Of a DNA stretch of 64,000 nt, positions 37,645-51,003 are shown piece by piece. The position numbers were made by a program, and so were the translations under genes. A model generated the notes under the pieces. It saw nothing but the letters and a program-made list of their open reading frames with translations. It was not told the DNA's origin and did no database searches. Source of the DNA: Antedon mediterranea (taxonomy: Eukaryota > Animalia > Echinodermata); the NCBI RefSeq assembly GCF_964355755.1, contig NC_092676.1, positions 14,030,871 through 14,094,870 on the forward strand, written 5' to 3'. Positions within the stretch are counted from its first letter, which is position 1, and each line of letters opens with the position of its first letter.

Positions 37645-40147
37645 TGAGATCGAGTTGGAATTTTGTTAACCATCGTGCATAGTTGATGTGATTTGTGGCA
37701 AAAAAACAGACCAATAATGGGAGTAAGAGAGTATATGTAAAGACTGATGTTATTGGTTCGGATTGACCTCTCTAGGTTATGATAGCTATGGATGTAGTCA
37801 ATGTACATAAGCCAAAATTGAGCAGTGAATCCGTGTGGTCCCAAACGTGTCAAATCTGCAAACTGTTTGTATGCTGTACATGCATGAATAAATGTAGCGG
37901 AGTTGATGGCTTTTTCATGACTTGGTTCATTGGTTAATTCCGTTAGCTGTTCTCTGTTGCTATACTCTTTCATGAATTCCCGAAAATGTAGAATTTCAAA
38001 AGCAAGAGCCAATATGGTGGTGTAAACGTTTACATCTATTGAAATATTTTCCACTTAGAAAACCGTTAAGTGACCCGGGAGCAAGCAAATCAGTAGTGGT
38101 AAGCATATCAGGACCTCCTGAATTAGAAAGAAGCTTTCCAACAACTTTAAAAAAGGCCATTTCCACATGGAAAGCACCTAACATGATAAATATGTCATCA
38201 AACTTGGGTTTTTCTGTTGCTTGTATTTGCATAGCTGGCTTTGCTGCATTTAAATCGTAAGTCACGATTCCGAATTTCTGCTCGCATTCATTAGTGCATC
38301 TTTGGGTTATCAAGAGTCTCTTGTATGACATCTAACCTAGTGATTGGTTGTTGCAAATTTGGCATATATCGAACTGCCTGTTTTGGCAAATTGTCTTGAT
38401 ATGATGCAGCATTGTAACCGACCCACATTGGAATGTTATTCTCTTTCAAAGCATGTTTAACACCCAAAGGAAGTCCATATTCCATGCTACTGCACTGACA
38501 TCAGGGAGACTAGAAATATCTGTAACATTGTAGTTAAATACGGTCATTTTTGGTTTCTTACGATATGGCTCTAGAGCAGACATCTGTGGCGCTAGTGATC
38601 GCTTTCTACCTTTCTGTTGTTTGTTAGTTACACAGGAATGGCCTTCTGTGACATTTGTTTCATTAGTTTCTTGCTCGTCTGATATATTCTGGTAAAGTAT
38701 TTCCATTGTGTCGTGAAGTGTGAGTCATTTCATCAAAATTATCAAATGCAAGTCTCATTGGTATGTGTTTAACTGTTCCAATGGGGCATGCCAGCATCCT
38801 CTCTTGTATTTTCTTAGCCGTATTTGTTTCAAGTTCTTCAAGGCAGTTGTAATTGAGGCTATGTCCAAACCTATTTAGAACCTGTACTAACTTTTTGCTA
38901 CCTGTAACAGTCTTTACAGCCATACCCAATGCCACTTGCTTTGCTGGTTTCACTTTACCTCTTTTGACAATGAAAAGTGCATCATCACAAGATTATTTAA
39001 CACGTCGCTTCACCTGCTCAAAACACTTAGTTTGTTCTGCTCCGCTGTACAATGCAGTGAAAAATGTGGATAACAACTTGGGGGGGGGGGGGGCAAAGCA
39101 TCCCCTTCCTTTAAATCAGGATTAGGATTTTCAGGAAGGTAGGATTTTCAGGAAGGTCTTTCTTTTGAATGCCAAGTATGTTTTTACGAAGTAGAAAAGC
39201 TGCCTTGGTAACAATGTGTTCATCATCCGATGCATAGTCATATGCAACACGTACAGATTTATCGGCAGTGTTATTGTAAATAATAATTCTTGGTAAACGT
39301 AGTTTCTTACCAAATTTGTCTGTGCACTATTTATGGGTGTTGTTTCAGAAAGTGTACACATATCAGTATATCTGGCAAACACTGATGTCAAAAGCTCAGG
39401 TCTTTTGTTACAGATGATTGCTTTTTCTACATAGTTATGGATATTTTGTATCATGGTTAGTTTGGATGACTCATTTGAATCCAATTCACTCTGACTTGAA
39501 ACCCTTTTGGCCGACATCAAATATGCACTTTTACAAGAGTGGTGATTTTGATTCTTTGTCAAGTCAATACCACTTATTTCGGATAACAGTTTGGAATCAT
39601 TTAAAGCTGAAGCTGCCTCATGGATGCTCTGACCAGCTTCAATTGTCTCACAACTACCAGCTACTTCATACTGACCTTTCTTGCGTTTTCTTGCTTTCCC
39701 ACAAAATATACATTGAGGAGGGAAAATACCAGATGTTGATGACAGCGACCTATCGCTTTCGGGTGTAGCTTAACGTAAATGTGGACTCTCAGCAGTGCTT
39801 TCTAACTTGTGTGTATGAGGTGCCTTATCCGTGGATGCAGTTTCTGACGGTATAGCAGTAAAATTCTTGTAACACATCACATGATAACCTTCATTTTCGT
39901 CAGGAGATGATGGTAATTTTTGCACAATGTTGTGATATACAGATTCCACAAAATTACGCTTTTTACGTCTACTTTCTGCTGCTAGTAAAACCGCTTTCCA
40001 ATGTTTATCATTGAACGAGAGGATATTTCCCCACTTTGATTTTTGTTTGGGCTTTTCAATGTGGAGAATGCAAACGTTCTGGGACGATTTCATCTGAGTT
40101 TCAGCACTACTTTCAGGAGTCTGACCTGGGTCCGTAAAGCTTTCCAT
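37645..40147 (-). pseudogene. Academ transposase N-terminal half (frameshifted)
   Basis: YHVMCYKNFT, PAKQVALGMAVKTVTGSKKLVQVLNRFGHSLNY, AFDNFD, VTYDL..K, MLGAFHVEM, SGKYFNRCKRLH, TAQFWLMY, NHINYARWL. Confidence 0.85.
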
Positions 40148-41519
40148 TACAATTAGATGTCTTCACGCACAACATAAACATATAGCAATTATAATACTGA
40201 GAAAAGATGATCCTGTTGTGTTAACTCTACTAATCTATACTATAGAATAAAATTAGCAAATGATTTTGAAATAATGGAATAGCACATGGGGATGGGAATC
40301 CTGCTGGACACCAAAGCCTTGATAGATGTATCCATGGAGACATCAATCTCTATTTGGCCTGGCTGACTGCAGGGAGAGGAGTGTTCTTTTTTGTCTCTTT
40401 CTTGCATTAATTAAGTGCATTCTTAAGTTAATTTAGCACAGGAATGGTCATTTAAGAATTATGGTCTTATGGAGTTAATAAGAGAAAATTTTAGAATTGG
40501 TTTGGTCGATGTACTCGATATGCTAATTAAATTTGAATTTTAATTATTTTAACCTTTGACCCATTCTTAAGTGGATTTGGCCCCGGATTTCAAACTTAAG
40601 AATGATGAATCCTTAATCAGTATGTTCATAAGTATATGTCATGTGAATTTCGTTGATGTACTCAAAATGCTAAATAAATGTCTAATTAGCACTAATTAAG
40701 TGCGTTCTTAAGTTAATTTAGCATAGGAATGGTCACTTAAGAATTATGGATCTTGATTCCTGATAGTTAAGAGAACATTTTAGAATTGGTTTGATCGATG
40801 TACTCGATATGCTAATTAAATTCAATTTTAGGGGTGATTTGTGTGGCTCCCCCCTAAAATTGAACAGGACCCGTCACTTAAAAATTTCCATTTCTGGGTC
40901 CCATAGACCATATCTACACACTCCACACCTCAAACCTTTTGTACTCAAATTGCTAATTAAAATCTTCTGGGCTCCCAGAGTAATTTCTTTATAATATATT
41001 TAGACAAGACTAGTGTTAAACACCTTATAAAATGTTGACCGGAAAAGTGAACTAAATAAGCAAATCGACCTTTAAAAAGACAGTAAAGTAATTAGAAGTT
41101 AATAAGAGCTAAATATGTATGAAATTGTATAAGTTATAAATGTTTAAATAAGAGAATAATATTAAAGTGAGGTATAACAAATGTAGTTACACACTGGGAT
41201 ATTATAAGCGAAAACATCTTTTACTGACTCGAATAAATATATCGACCACTATTATCAGTAAAGTGAAGTTTATTGAATACTCTATTACATCAACATAACA
41301 TAACATGACGACGTTTCAACCCAACCTGCGACAACACACCACGCTGTCCAAAAACCAGGTAAGTATGGTACGCCAATCGCGTACAACATCAATAGTAATT
41401 AAAAATATCAATCTCATCAAGACATTTTGCGAAATAAATAGTAGTAGTTTTTAATGAATATAAATTACAACGGAATACTTACAATAATATATAATTACAA
41501 AGGATAATATAATTACAAA

Positions 41520-42530
41520 GGAATACATTAAAACTGCTATAAAGAAAGCAAAAAATATTCCTCGATTTCAGACACTGACGTACAAACCACGTCAACCAAA
41601 TTTGACCAGAGTGCCATTGGTCACAACCCATCACCCTAGGTTGCCTTCATTACGGGCTATTATTGAGAAACATAGTACACAGAACGTCTCAGGACTGTTT
41701 TTCCGGAACCATCCATTATTGCATTTCGTAGACCTCCCAACCTTCGTGATATATTAGTAAGATCCAAATTTAAGAGTAAAATTAACTCTCATGACAGCCA
41801 AAATTTGGGCAGTCACCTTTGCGGCAAATCTTGCAAAACTTTTTCATTGGTTGACTCTACTGAAAAACATTTTAACAGTAACCAAACTGACCGCATTTTT
41901 CGGATAAGACAATCAATTAATTGTCTAGCCAAAAACGTCATTTATCTCATATACTGTAATATTTGTGGTAATCAGTACGTCGGGGAAACAAAAAACACTC
42001 TCCGTATGAAAATGACACAACACAGATCAGCTATCAAAACATTAAAGCTTGATCAACCTGTAGCCGAACATTTTAATTCAGCAGGTCACTCGATTGAAAA
42101 TTTCAGAGTTATTGCAATAGACCACAAGACCAAAACCACTAGGAATTACTACTTAAAACCACAAAACCTTTTGGACTTAACATTAGGAACATACTCCCAG
42201 ATCGGTAAAATTACTCCATTGACTACCCAAATTTAAGTTTCAATATTAACCACCATTTAAGCTAAGCTGTTTTTTTATTTTCTACCCATACTATCTCCAC
42301 CCTCCATTCACCAGCCTGTGCCTCTTTTGTTTTATTTCTTTTATTCCTATTCACTCGGGCAGCATTTGTCTGTTATAGGCCTATCTATCTATCTATCAAA
42401 GTATCTTCACTTGCACTGGTGAAGGGATAGTGTTGCCCAAAAGCTCTGCTAACTTTTCTGGCTGTTTTACTTTATCGTGATTAATTTAGCTTTTCACTTT
42501 TTTTTTTGTATCTCCATTGAGATCCAGCCA
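41520..42530 (+). mobile_element. Penelope-like element 3' part (GIY-YIG endonuclease)
   Basis: AFRRPPNLRDILVRS, CGKSCKT, NVIYLIYCNICGNQYVGET, HRSAI, VAEHFN; degenerate hammerhead-like core at ~42415-42447. Confidence 0.88.
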
Positions 42531-42699
42531 CGGATACCCACAGCATTGTCATTTTTCATTGGGGCGACTTTTTCTTATTCTCACAGATTTCCTCATCTTT
42601 ATCGTTTCAAATTAATTAATTAAATTTCAGTATATCACTGGGCGGTTTAGAATTAATGTTCTTTGCCTGATTTGTTTATATATATATATATATATATAT

Positions 42700-43497
42700 T
42701 AGTCTAGGACAAAAATCTGAAAAGATGCTTAGAAATCAATTTAGGGGGAGTGGAATGTTAGAGGCTGTCAACATAGCCAGATATCCTAATTAATCCCTTC
42801 TGATCACTCTAGGCCCTGTTGACACTTCATTTTTTGCCTCGTCTTGAAATGGCGGCCATTTTTCAAAATGGCCGCTATTTCAATACGAGGCAAAATCTGA
42901 AGTGTCAACAAGGCCTAATGGATTCCGTGTCTGAAGTACATGTGTTTAGACACCAAGATTGTGTATCTACCTTATTTAGATCTGATTTTATCCACATTTT
43001 ATATAAAAATGGCGGCCATTTTGAAAAATGGCTGCCATTTTAATACGAGGCAAAAACTAAAGTGTCAACAAGGCCTAATGGATTCCATGTCTGAAGTACA
43101 TGTGTTTAGACACCAAGATTGTGTATCTACCTTATTTAGATCTGATTTTATCCACATTTTATATAAAAATGGCGGCCATTTTGAAAAATGGCTGCCATTT
43201 TAATAAAAGGCAAAAACTGAAGTGTCAACAAGGCCTAATGGATTCCGTGTCTGAAGTACATGTGTTTAGACACCAAGATTGTGTATCTACCTTATTTAGA
43301 TCTGATTTTATCCACATTTTATACAAAAATGGCGGCCATTTTCAAAAATGGCCGCCATTTCAAGACGAGGCAAAAAATTAAGTGTCAACAGGGCTTAGAG
43401 TGATCAGAAGGGTTTAATTAGGATATCTGGCTATGTTGACAGCCTCTAACATTCCACTCCCCCTAACTCATTTTTTTCACATTTTTTGCCTAGACTA
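42700..43497. mobile_element. Non-autonomous Academ-type element (798 bp) with three 160-bp internal repeats
   Basis: TAGTCTAGG / CCTAGACTA termini; TSD TAT; ~190-bp TIRs; period-160 repeats at 42850-43390 containing AAATGGCGGCCATTTT. Confidence 0.85.
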
Positions 43498-43669
43498 TAT
43501 ATCATATAAATCCAAAGGCAAAAAAATAAGCGAAAAGCTAAATCAAAAAATATATTATTATATACGGTATATATACAAGCCCACTAATTTCTACACGTTA
43601 TGTAACTTATAATTAGTCCACGCTCTTTTTACTGTTGCTAACATCGACAAGATTTACACTCTCTTTATT

Positions 43670-43816
43670 TTACAATGTTGCTTCTCGTGGTTCTTTCAGT
43701 TTTGCTATAAGCGATTTCAGTTGGTCATTGTCGGAGTCTTGTAGTTTATGTACATCACTTGGATTGTCTAGATTCTTTTCCGTGTTTAATATTAAATAGG
43801 CTCGGCGAGGTGTCCC
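43670..43816 (-). CDS. Predicted terminal exon of the LGR gene (end of the kinase-like tail)
   Basis: ttttag acceptor, phase 0; 49 open codons GTPRRAYLILN...EATL then TAA, immediately followed by AATAAA. Confidence 0.6.
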   Translation of the reverse strand, partial: GTPRRAYLILNTEKNLDNPSDVHKLQDSDNDQLKSLIAKLKEPREATL

Positions 43817-44016
43817 CTAAAATGATAATAGCGCAATTTTATACAAGAATTTATAGTACATAGTAGGCCTATATGTATAAGCGGCTACAGTAGATAAACA
43901 TTGATTATTGCAAAAACTGTCATGACTCAAGTAATTAAATGGATAACTTTGTTAACATATTTCAGAGTTGCATGTGTTTATACAATTAGCATTATGTATG
44001 CAAGATTGCTACCTAC

Positions 44017-44261
44017 CGCCTGCACTAAAATATAATGTTCGTTGACCAAACCATGCGACAGCCCATTTTTATGTACGAATGATACAGCCTTAGTAAGATC
44101 ATCCTCAAATGCGTTTATATCATCTTCGGTTAGATGTTTTTCGGAACTATTCAGGTATTGAGACAGTAGAAATGGTCTTTTTGAGATAATACTGATCATT
44201 GGGAGAACATGGTATCTGTCTATCTCTCGAAGCACCATTTTTGTAAATCGATCTTGCTTAT
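44017..44261 (-). CDS. Predicted exon encoding a degenerate protein-kinase-like segment
   Basis: Open frame ...LSQYL...EDDINAFEDDLTKAVSFVHKNGLSHGLVNEHYILVQ resembles kinase helix E and the catalytic loop; donor GCG|gtaggt; the acceptor is A-rich and weak. Confidence 0.6.
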
Positions 44262-45443
44262 CTATTTTTTTTTTTAAAAGAGGTAACCTTTTAAAATATT
44301 TATTAATTAATTTTAAGAATTTTAGTTTATCTTTTTAAACTAAATATTTACATAATTTTACTAGGGTTGGACAAACTGAATAAAAAGTGGAGATCAAAAA
44401 AAAAAACTAGTGAGAAAATTAAAAGATTGAAACGGACCTTTAACGTAATGTCGAAGATTGGGGAAATAATATAGGCCTAATATTTAGAGGCGTTTTGTTA
44501 GCAGAATTTAAGAAGTAGACCACAGGATATTAAAATATTGTAGGCCTATTATATAAAATGGATAAAATGCACGATTACAATTTACCTTCATTAGAATACA
44601 ATGTAACAATTAAAACAGTTTAATTATAAAAATGAAATAATTAATTTTAATTTTACTGGAAAATATTAACGAGCATGCAAGTTTATAAAATTAAGTTCAT
44701 CGGACTTTGTGGTGATGGCAATGAATGGCCCAGAACATCGGTAGACTCATGCAAATTTCTGGAGACGAGAAGTTGATATTTTAATTTTTATTTATTATTT
44801 ATTATAGAATTATTGGTAATAAATAGATAGCAACAGGACATCATCGCCAACCAATTTATATGTATTTACAAAGGTAAATAAGACCTCATTTTTATACATA
44901 TTATTTAAAATAAATCCTGTTTATATATTTCACATTATTTGAGCGCTCTCATTAAATAAACTAAATGGATCAATAATCATGATTTAAAAAAATACCATTG
45001 TTAGATGTCATTTTTAGAGATTCCCCTTCATTGATTATTTGTCTGACAGTATTTCCTAATTTCAAAAATAAAATATATATTTGGTTAAATATTGAATTTA
45101 TTTATATATAATGTATATAATGTATAAAATACGTAAATATGGTATTTTACTACAGTAGTGCAAACACGAGCAATGCATAACCGTTATCTCTCTAGCCTTC
45201 TCGTGTATTTCAGTATTTTATTGGTAGGCCTACTCACTTTAGAATCAGTGGCACACACCTTTCGGTGGTGCGTCCATACAAATATAAACAACAACATATA
45301 AAAGGTAAATGATGATAAAACTTACATAATTTACTTACATTGAAACCAAAAAAAACAAAAAAAAAACAAAAAAAATAAAAAAACAAATGTACAGTAGTAA
45401 TTGTACACTTGAACATCGTGTACATTTGTACTTTTATACAAAA

Positions 45444-46443
45444 TTACTTACGTGATATTTCGGAACAGGAATTTCTTGATTTTCTATTCCGGAACTTAAT
45501 GGTAGATAACGTATATATGTAAGGATTTAACGAAGAATTTAACGGCAAGACAAAAACAGCAGTCCACGCATACACAGTTCCCGGAATGCTGACAGTACCA
45601 GATAGTGCCAGTATGCCCATTGTGACTATTGGTACCCAGCAGAAGAAGTCTGTAGATATGATTAACGCCATCTTGACTGCAAGTTTCTTTTCAGCCGATA
45701 CGGCTTTGGTCGTTTTTGAAGCTACTGTTTTTGCAGATTGTTTAAATTTGAAATAAATCATTGTGTAGCAGAATAGTATAGCTAAGAAGCAAAACAGATT
45801 CAGTACAATAAAAATAAACACTGAATAGAGCCATCCATCGGGCTTGTCGCTTGTTAGTGGTATTGCTAAGCACACACTTGATCGACCATAGAAGTCCGAG
45901 GCAAATGTTGAAGCCACTAACGGATATCCAGCCAATGTTAACAGGAATATCCATTGCGAAAGAATGATAACTTTTACCGAAAATGGTCCTAGATGAAATT
46001 TACTAAAAGGATATTGTATACAGATAAATCGATCCATACTTATTGTTGTGAGTGTCAAGACGGATAACTCACTTGAAACAACCGAAAGAAATCCTGCCAG
46101 ATGACAAATAAAACTGTCTTTCCATTCTTTAGCATGTAGCACGTACACATCACGATAATACATGTCGGCACTGGCTATAATTATCATGTACGTCCCGATT
46201 AAAAGGTCAGAAATTGCTAGATTCAATATCAAACTACCCTGGACCTTGTTACGTTCTTTCTGATGGCACCGCCAGGCTATTACAAACACGTTTCCTACTA
46301 AAGCCCCGATACCCAGAAGCCACATAAAAACGCGTAACACATGGTTTCGCATTAAATCGTCACATGATGAAAATTCGTCTTCTTCTGGCTCACATCTGGA
46401 TATTTCGCCAATAAGACAACAGAACAAGAAGTCATCTGATATT
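45444..46443 (-). CDS. Type-C leucine-rich-repeat GPCR (RXFP/GRL101-like), hinge and 7TM exon
   Basis: CC..C.P..DEFSSCDDLM hinge, GN.FV, NLAISDL, ISMDRF, YGRSSVCLAIPL, TDFFCWVP, PLNSSLNPYIY; tttgtag acceptor; internal GTAAGT donor at 45451 just before the stop. Confidence 0.93.
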
Positions 46444-47107
46444 CTACAAAATTGATAAAATTGTACAACCATAGTAGTTAAGTGTGCATAATCAAATTAC
46501 CTTATGCCTTAAAATTTGTAATATCGTAGTCATATTCATGGACCATCGTAGGTCGCAGTATTGTCTCGTCGTGACTTCTTATTCACTCGTTATTATTCGC
46601 GGTGGAAATTCAACATGACTCTTCCAAGACGAAGATATTATCAAAGAAATGTAATCATTACATGTAATTTATTATGATTAGGCCACTCAGCCTAGTTAGG
46701 ACTCGGCTGGACTCAAGCTAGGCTTAAGAAAGATGATTCAAGCGAGCTATAGAGAGCAGAACAATTATTTGGGTATTAATGATAAGTGTCGCATACCAGA
46801 TCCTCAAATAACAAAAATATAACTTCACAGATGATCAAACGATTGACATCGGGAAAAATTGTAATAATGCGTAATGACTTCGTAGTACAGTCTTAAAAAT
46901 TTGTAAAAATTCGTAACAATATTGTATCTCCATCGTGCGACCGTCGTAGTTTTTAGTACGAATGAATACGATTTTTGTAAATTCGTGTTCATTCGTAGAC
47001 AAACTCGTGAATGTGGGAAAGGGGAATTTACTAAATATAAGTATCTATGTTGAATTTAATATAATTAATTATAATCTTTAACAATTCATTTATTTAGGTC
47101 TACTTAC

Positions 47108-47182
47108 AAAGTTTCCAAACCATCCAGTCCTTGAAATACGTCTTCCCCAAACTTACTTAAGTTTTCATTCTCAGATATGTCC
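47108..47182 (-). CDS. LGR leucine-rich-repeat exon (75 nt)
   Basis: ttatag|G DISENENLSKFGEDVFQGLDGLETL |gtaagt; phase 2-2, splices in frame to the 7TM exon. Confidence 0.9.
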
Positions 47183-47275
47183 CTATAAGAAGAAGCAATA
47201 CTTTTACAATACTCTGATTGTTACATTGAGAAAAATACCATGATGGCCTATATATCGTGAAACCTTTCACTATAT

Positions 47276-48045
47276 TTTTAGTCGCGTGGAAGCGACTCTA
47301 TAGTTCACTATGTCGGTCGGTTGGTCGGTCTGTCTGTCGGTTTGTCTGTCTGTCGGTCCGGTATCACTATGCGTTTTATCGCTTTCTGACCTTATCTTGA
47401 TATCAGTTTAATCTAGCTAGGTCAATTTTTCACAGTATATTCCTTATGGCCAGGAATCAATGTGGTTATGTTTTCACGGTGCGCAATAAAAAATTACGTG
47501 GTCTACGCACGATTTAACGAAATCACGTTTGTAATCATATCTTCACAACCATGAATCACAATTAAATAAAATTTGGTACTCATAAATTTCAGGGCATAAA
47601 TCATCATAATATGGCAATACAATTACGTGCGTAGCGCATGTAACGCATGCGTACGCGCGCTTAAAATTTTCAAAATTTATTTTCGATGAAATAAGAGTAC
47701 ATTTCAGGCAATTTTAAGCGTTTACAAAATTGCCATGAGTGCGCATTTTTTCGCGCGTTAAATGTTATTGCGCACTCTTTTTGCCCGATTTCTGTTTTCT
47801 TGACTTTTCAACTCGAAATTACGTTATACGAGCACGTCGAAAGTGACAGGCTACGCACGTGTAAATTAAAAAAATGTAAATGTTTTTAAACATTTCAACA
47901 TTTTTAAACATGTTCAGTAATTTCGGTCAGTATAGTTCACTATGTCGGTCTGTCTGTTGGTCTGTCTGTCGGTCTATCGGTCTGTCTGTCGGTCCGGTAT
48001 CACTATGCATTGTAGCACGCGACTTAATGGCTGTTGGCCTTGTTT
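47276..48045 (+). mobile_element. Helentron-associated (HINE/DINE-1-like) element
   Basis: T-run insertion site; subterminal inverted repeat AGTCGCGTG / CACGCGACT; (GTCY)n microsatellites; 3' GGCTGTTGGCC stem; duplicated core at ~47305 and ~47931. Confidence 0.75.
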
Positions 48046-51003
48046 CTTGTAAAAGTAATTGGAATTCTTGGTAATTATCCGCTAAATAGTAATTGTGTAC
48101 ATCATGGTATATTTTGAAAGCATTTATCATAGTATAGTAAGACATTTTTAAAACTACATGCATTGGATTACTTATATCTTATAGTATCAGAAAGTGACCT
48201 CGGGGGTTAGATCTATAATGATAAACCTAATTTTATTTGGAAATATATGTCACAACTTTAAAGTTTTATACCGTATGATGGGGGGGGGGGTGTCATATAT
48301 AAAGTGTGTGCGGGGGCGACGCGAGGTGAAAACAAGGAGTAAGCAGTAAGCTGAGTGTGGCGCTACTTGATTGGGTGTGGACAACTGTGTTGGTGTATTG
48401 ATAAGATGCCAAGCGGAAAAATAACGGGAAAATGTAATTAACTCCCTAACTTATAGGGTTTTCTTAATTGAGTTGTTCAGGATTGAAGAACAGTTTGACT
48501 AATGAAATAACCAAAAACACTTGTGAAACCAGAACATTTGTGAGTACAAAACAGCATGTGAAGTGATAGATAGCTAATAAATTATATTTCAATTGAATGG
48601 GACTTCACTATTGTAAAGTATAACGATGATGCAAATACAGTGTGGGGGAATTAGGGTAGAGTGTATTTGGGATAGAAGGGAGTCTGGTGGAGTAATTATT
48701 TATCTATTGTTGTATTCATTTATTTGTTTATTGTTGTATTTAATTGAAGTTTTGATTATTATGGGATATGTAAGATAATTGAAGGTCATGATAAATTCAA
48801 TCTCTTGAACTTGTAATATATTTTTATTTATTCGTTTACAGTTATTTATTTACTAGATAGTATTGGATGCTTAAATGGGAAACTTTGTTGGAATGCACGA
48901 GTTATAAATGTTTTAAACAAAAGAAACATTTTTATTAAAAAACGATAGAATTTTTAATTATTTTTCTGTACGATTAAATTAAATTGGCGAGGTTTTGTGA
49001 CAAAGTACCTAAGTGAGAGATATTAAGGCGGAAGTGTTATGAAGTAACCGATCTAATGTTGGTAATTGAAACTTGAATTTGAGCACAATGTCTATTTTTA
49101 AATCAAACCACACACTATTAACAATAAAGATAGTATAGTAGGATAGTAACGTAGGATAAGTTGCAAAAGGGAAATAATTATGAGGGCGCAATACTAATGA
49201 GACAACTGAAAGCAAAGATAGTGTAGTAGGAAGATGTTACACTTCCTATTCGTTCAATGCAAATAAAAGCGAGACAACATGGAGCTAAATTACGTCGAGT
49301 AGCTAAACTACGTCGAGTAGGGATACGGAAAGTTATTGTATAGGAAATAGGCTATTATAACAGTAGAATAATATGATTGTAAAATTAAGATTTAATACGA
49401 ATTAACATATAAAATGTAATGTTATCTTTATAGAAAGTGCAAATGAATCATATTTATATGTTTTGGAATACAAATTTGTGTTTCAATTACCTGGAATTGT
49501 TTAGGTACCTGGAATTTATCTACCCGTATTTTATTTCTTTTATTTTAATGTTTTTATTTGCAAATCAATTGAACTTTTTTAAATTATTTACATTTAATTG
49601 TTTATCATTGGACATAGATAGAAAATTTAATACCTAGCTTTAGAAACACTTCTTCATCAGAGTGAATATTAGGAGCCTAGTGGTAAATAGGCCTACAATT
49701 TGGCATGTAATCAATAATCAATCAATCAATCAATATTTATTATAATCAATAATATTATACAAATAGTTGATCTGCATACACTGAATACGGTACAGTAGGC
49801 TTGAACATTATAGGAATTTAGGACTACGAGTATGTTTTTTTACTGAAAAAAAAACAACAATTATTGTTAATTATCTATTAATTTTAATAATTTAATAATA
49901 CTGTAACTAATTATTATATTATGCTTTTAACACTCCGAACTTTCGTGCATTCATCGTAATTGTATATGCCCTGATTATGTAACGCCTAACATTATTGATA
50001 ATATTAATTATAAGCCAATGAGTTCATTATTGGTAAGGTTATATCAAGGAAAATATATCCGTGGGGAAGCCTACTTTACCCCCTTTCATTATACTACCAT
50101 TACAAAAAATGTTCTATCTATAGAAGTTTTACAATTCTATGTTAATCTATAGAAACAGATAATTTCTATAGAAATGAATTTACAGATTCTACCCCTAGAG
50201 TTTTATAGAAATTGCAGAAGAATTGTTATCATTTATTCATAAATCATATATTGTTTGTCAACAACAATACTGTATACTGTAAAATTAGCATTATGACTTC
50301 AGACTTAACTGGGGTTTACCAAGATTAGGTAAGAGTTTTTATGGGTACGGGTTGGTTTGGGTACGGGTTGGTTTGGGTACGAGATGACCAGCATCCATTC
50401 ATGAATGCGTCTACAGGCGCGCGTAAGCCTCCTCCTGATCCTAGCTCAGTGTTTACAGTCATGTCATGACAAAACTCACTCCAAATAAATGTATTAACAA
50501 TTAAAAAGATCCAAAAACAGTATGAAAACATCATATTAATTTTTAACTTTGTATAATAAAGACAAAAAAGAAGTTTTTGTTTGTTTTTTGTGGCTTATTT
50601 TTACAATTTATTGCCGAAAACAACATTTTCATTGGGCTTTGCCATTGCGCTCCTCATGTTTCAGATTCGTCTATCCCTACTCGTCGTGAGAGGCGCCCTA
50701 TCTCGAGCGGTTCTCTAATTTTTGAGCGAAGTGTAAATCTTCCTACTACACTATCTTTGCTGAAAGTGACTAGTTGAGGAGTTTGAGTAAAACACATGAA
50801 AAGATGTAGTGCTAATATGAGACAGATATGGAAGAATGCCGCTGTACCGTGACTCAATACACGTTCCGAAAAGTATCTGAGACAGCTATGGAAATAACCG
50901 AGACAGAATTGTTTTCATAAGTTTTTGCATTTTGTTTGTCTAGATCAAAATTATGCATATGCCTACTTTATTATATAGATATAGTTACTATTAAACAACT
51001 TAC

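Larger units (their letters stand above)
28268..41012 (-). mobile_element. Outer Academ (AcademX-type) DNA transposon, defective, with nested insertions
   Basis: ~290-bp inverted repeats at 28268-28553 and 40680-40961; right end ...TAGACAAGACTA (TAG terminus); outer part of the left TIR is missing; transposase fragments at 40147-37650. Confidence 0.8.

Noticed and set aside
37122-38054. 310-aa ORF as a real gene
   Set aside because: It is a chance read-through across the junction of Academ and LINE fragments, with a frameshifted segment in between.
42819-43381. Three similar ORFs
   Set aside because: They are the 160-bp internal repeats of a non-autonomous element.
50654-50857. ORF with a signal-peptide-like N-terminus inside the LGR intron
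   Set aside because: It starts at TTG, has no recognisable domain, and has no splice sites fitting the LRR exon phases.
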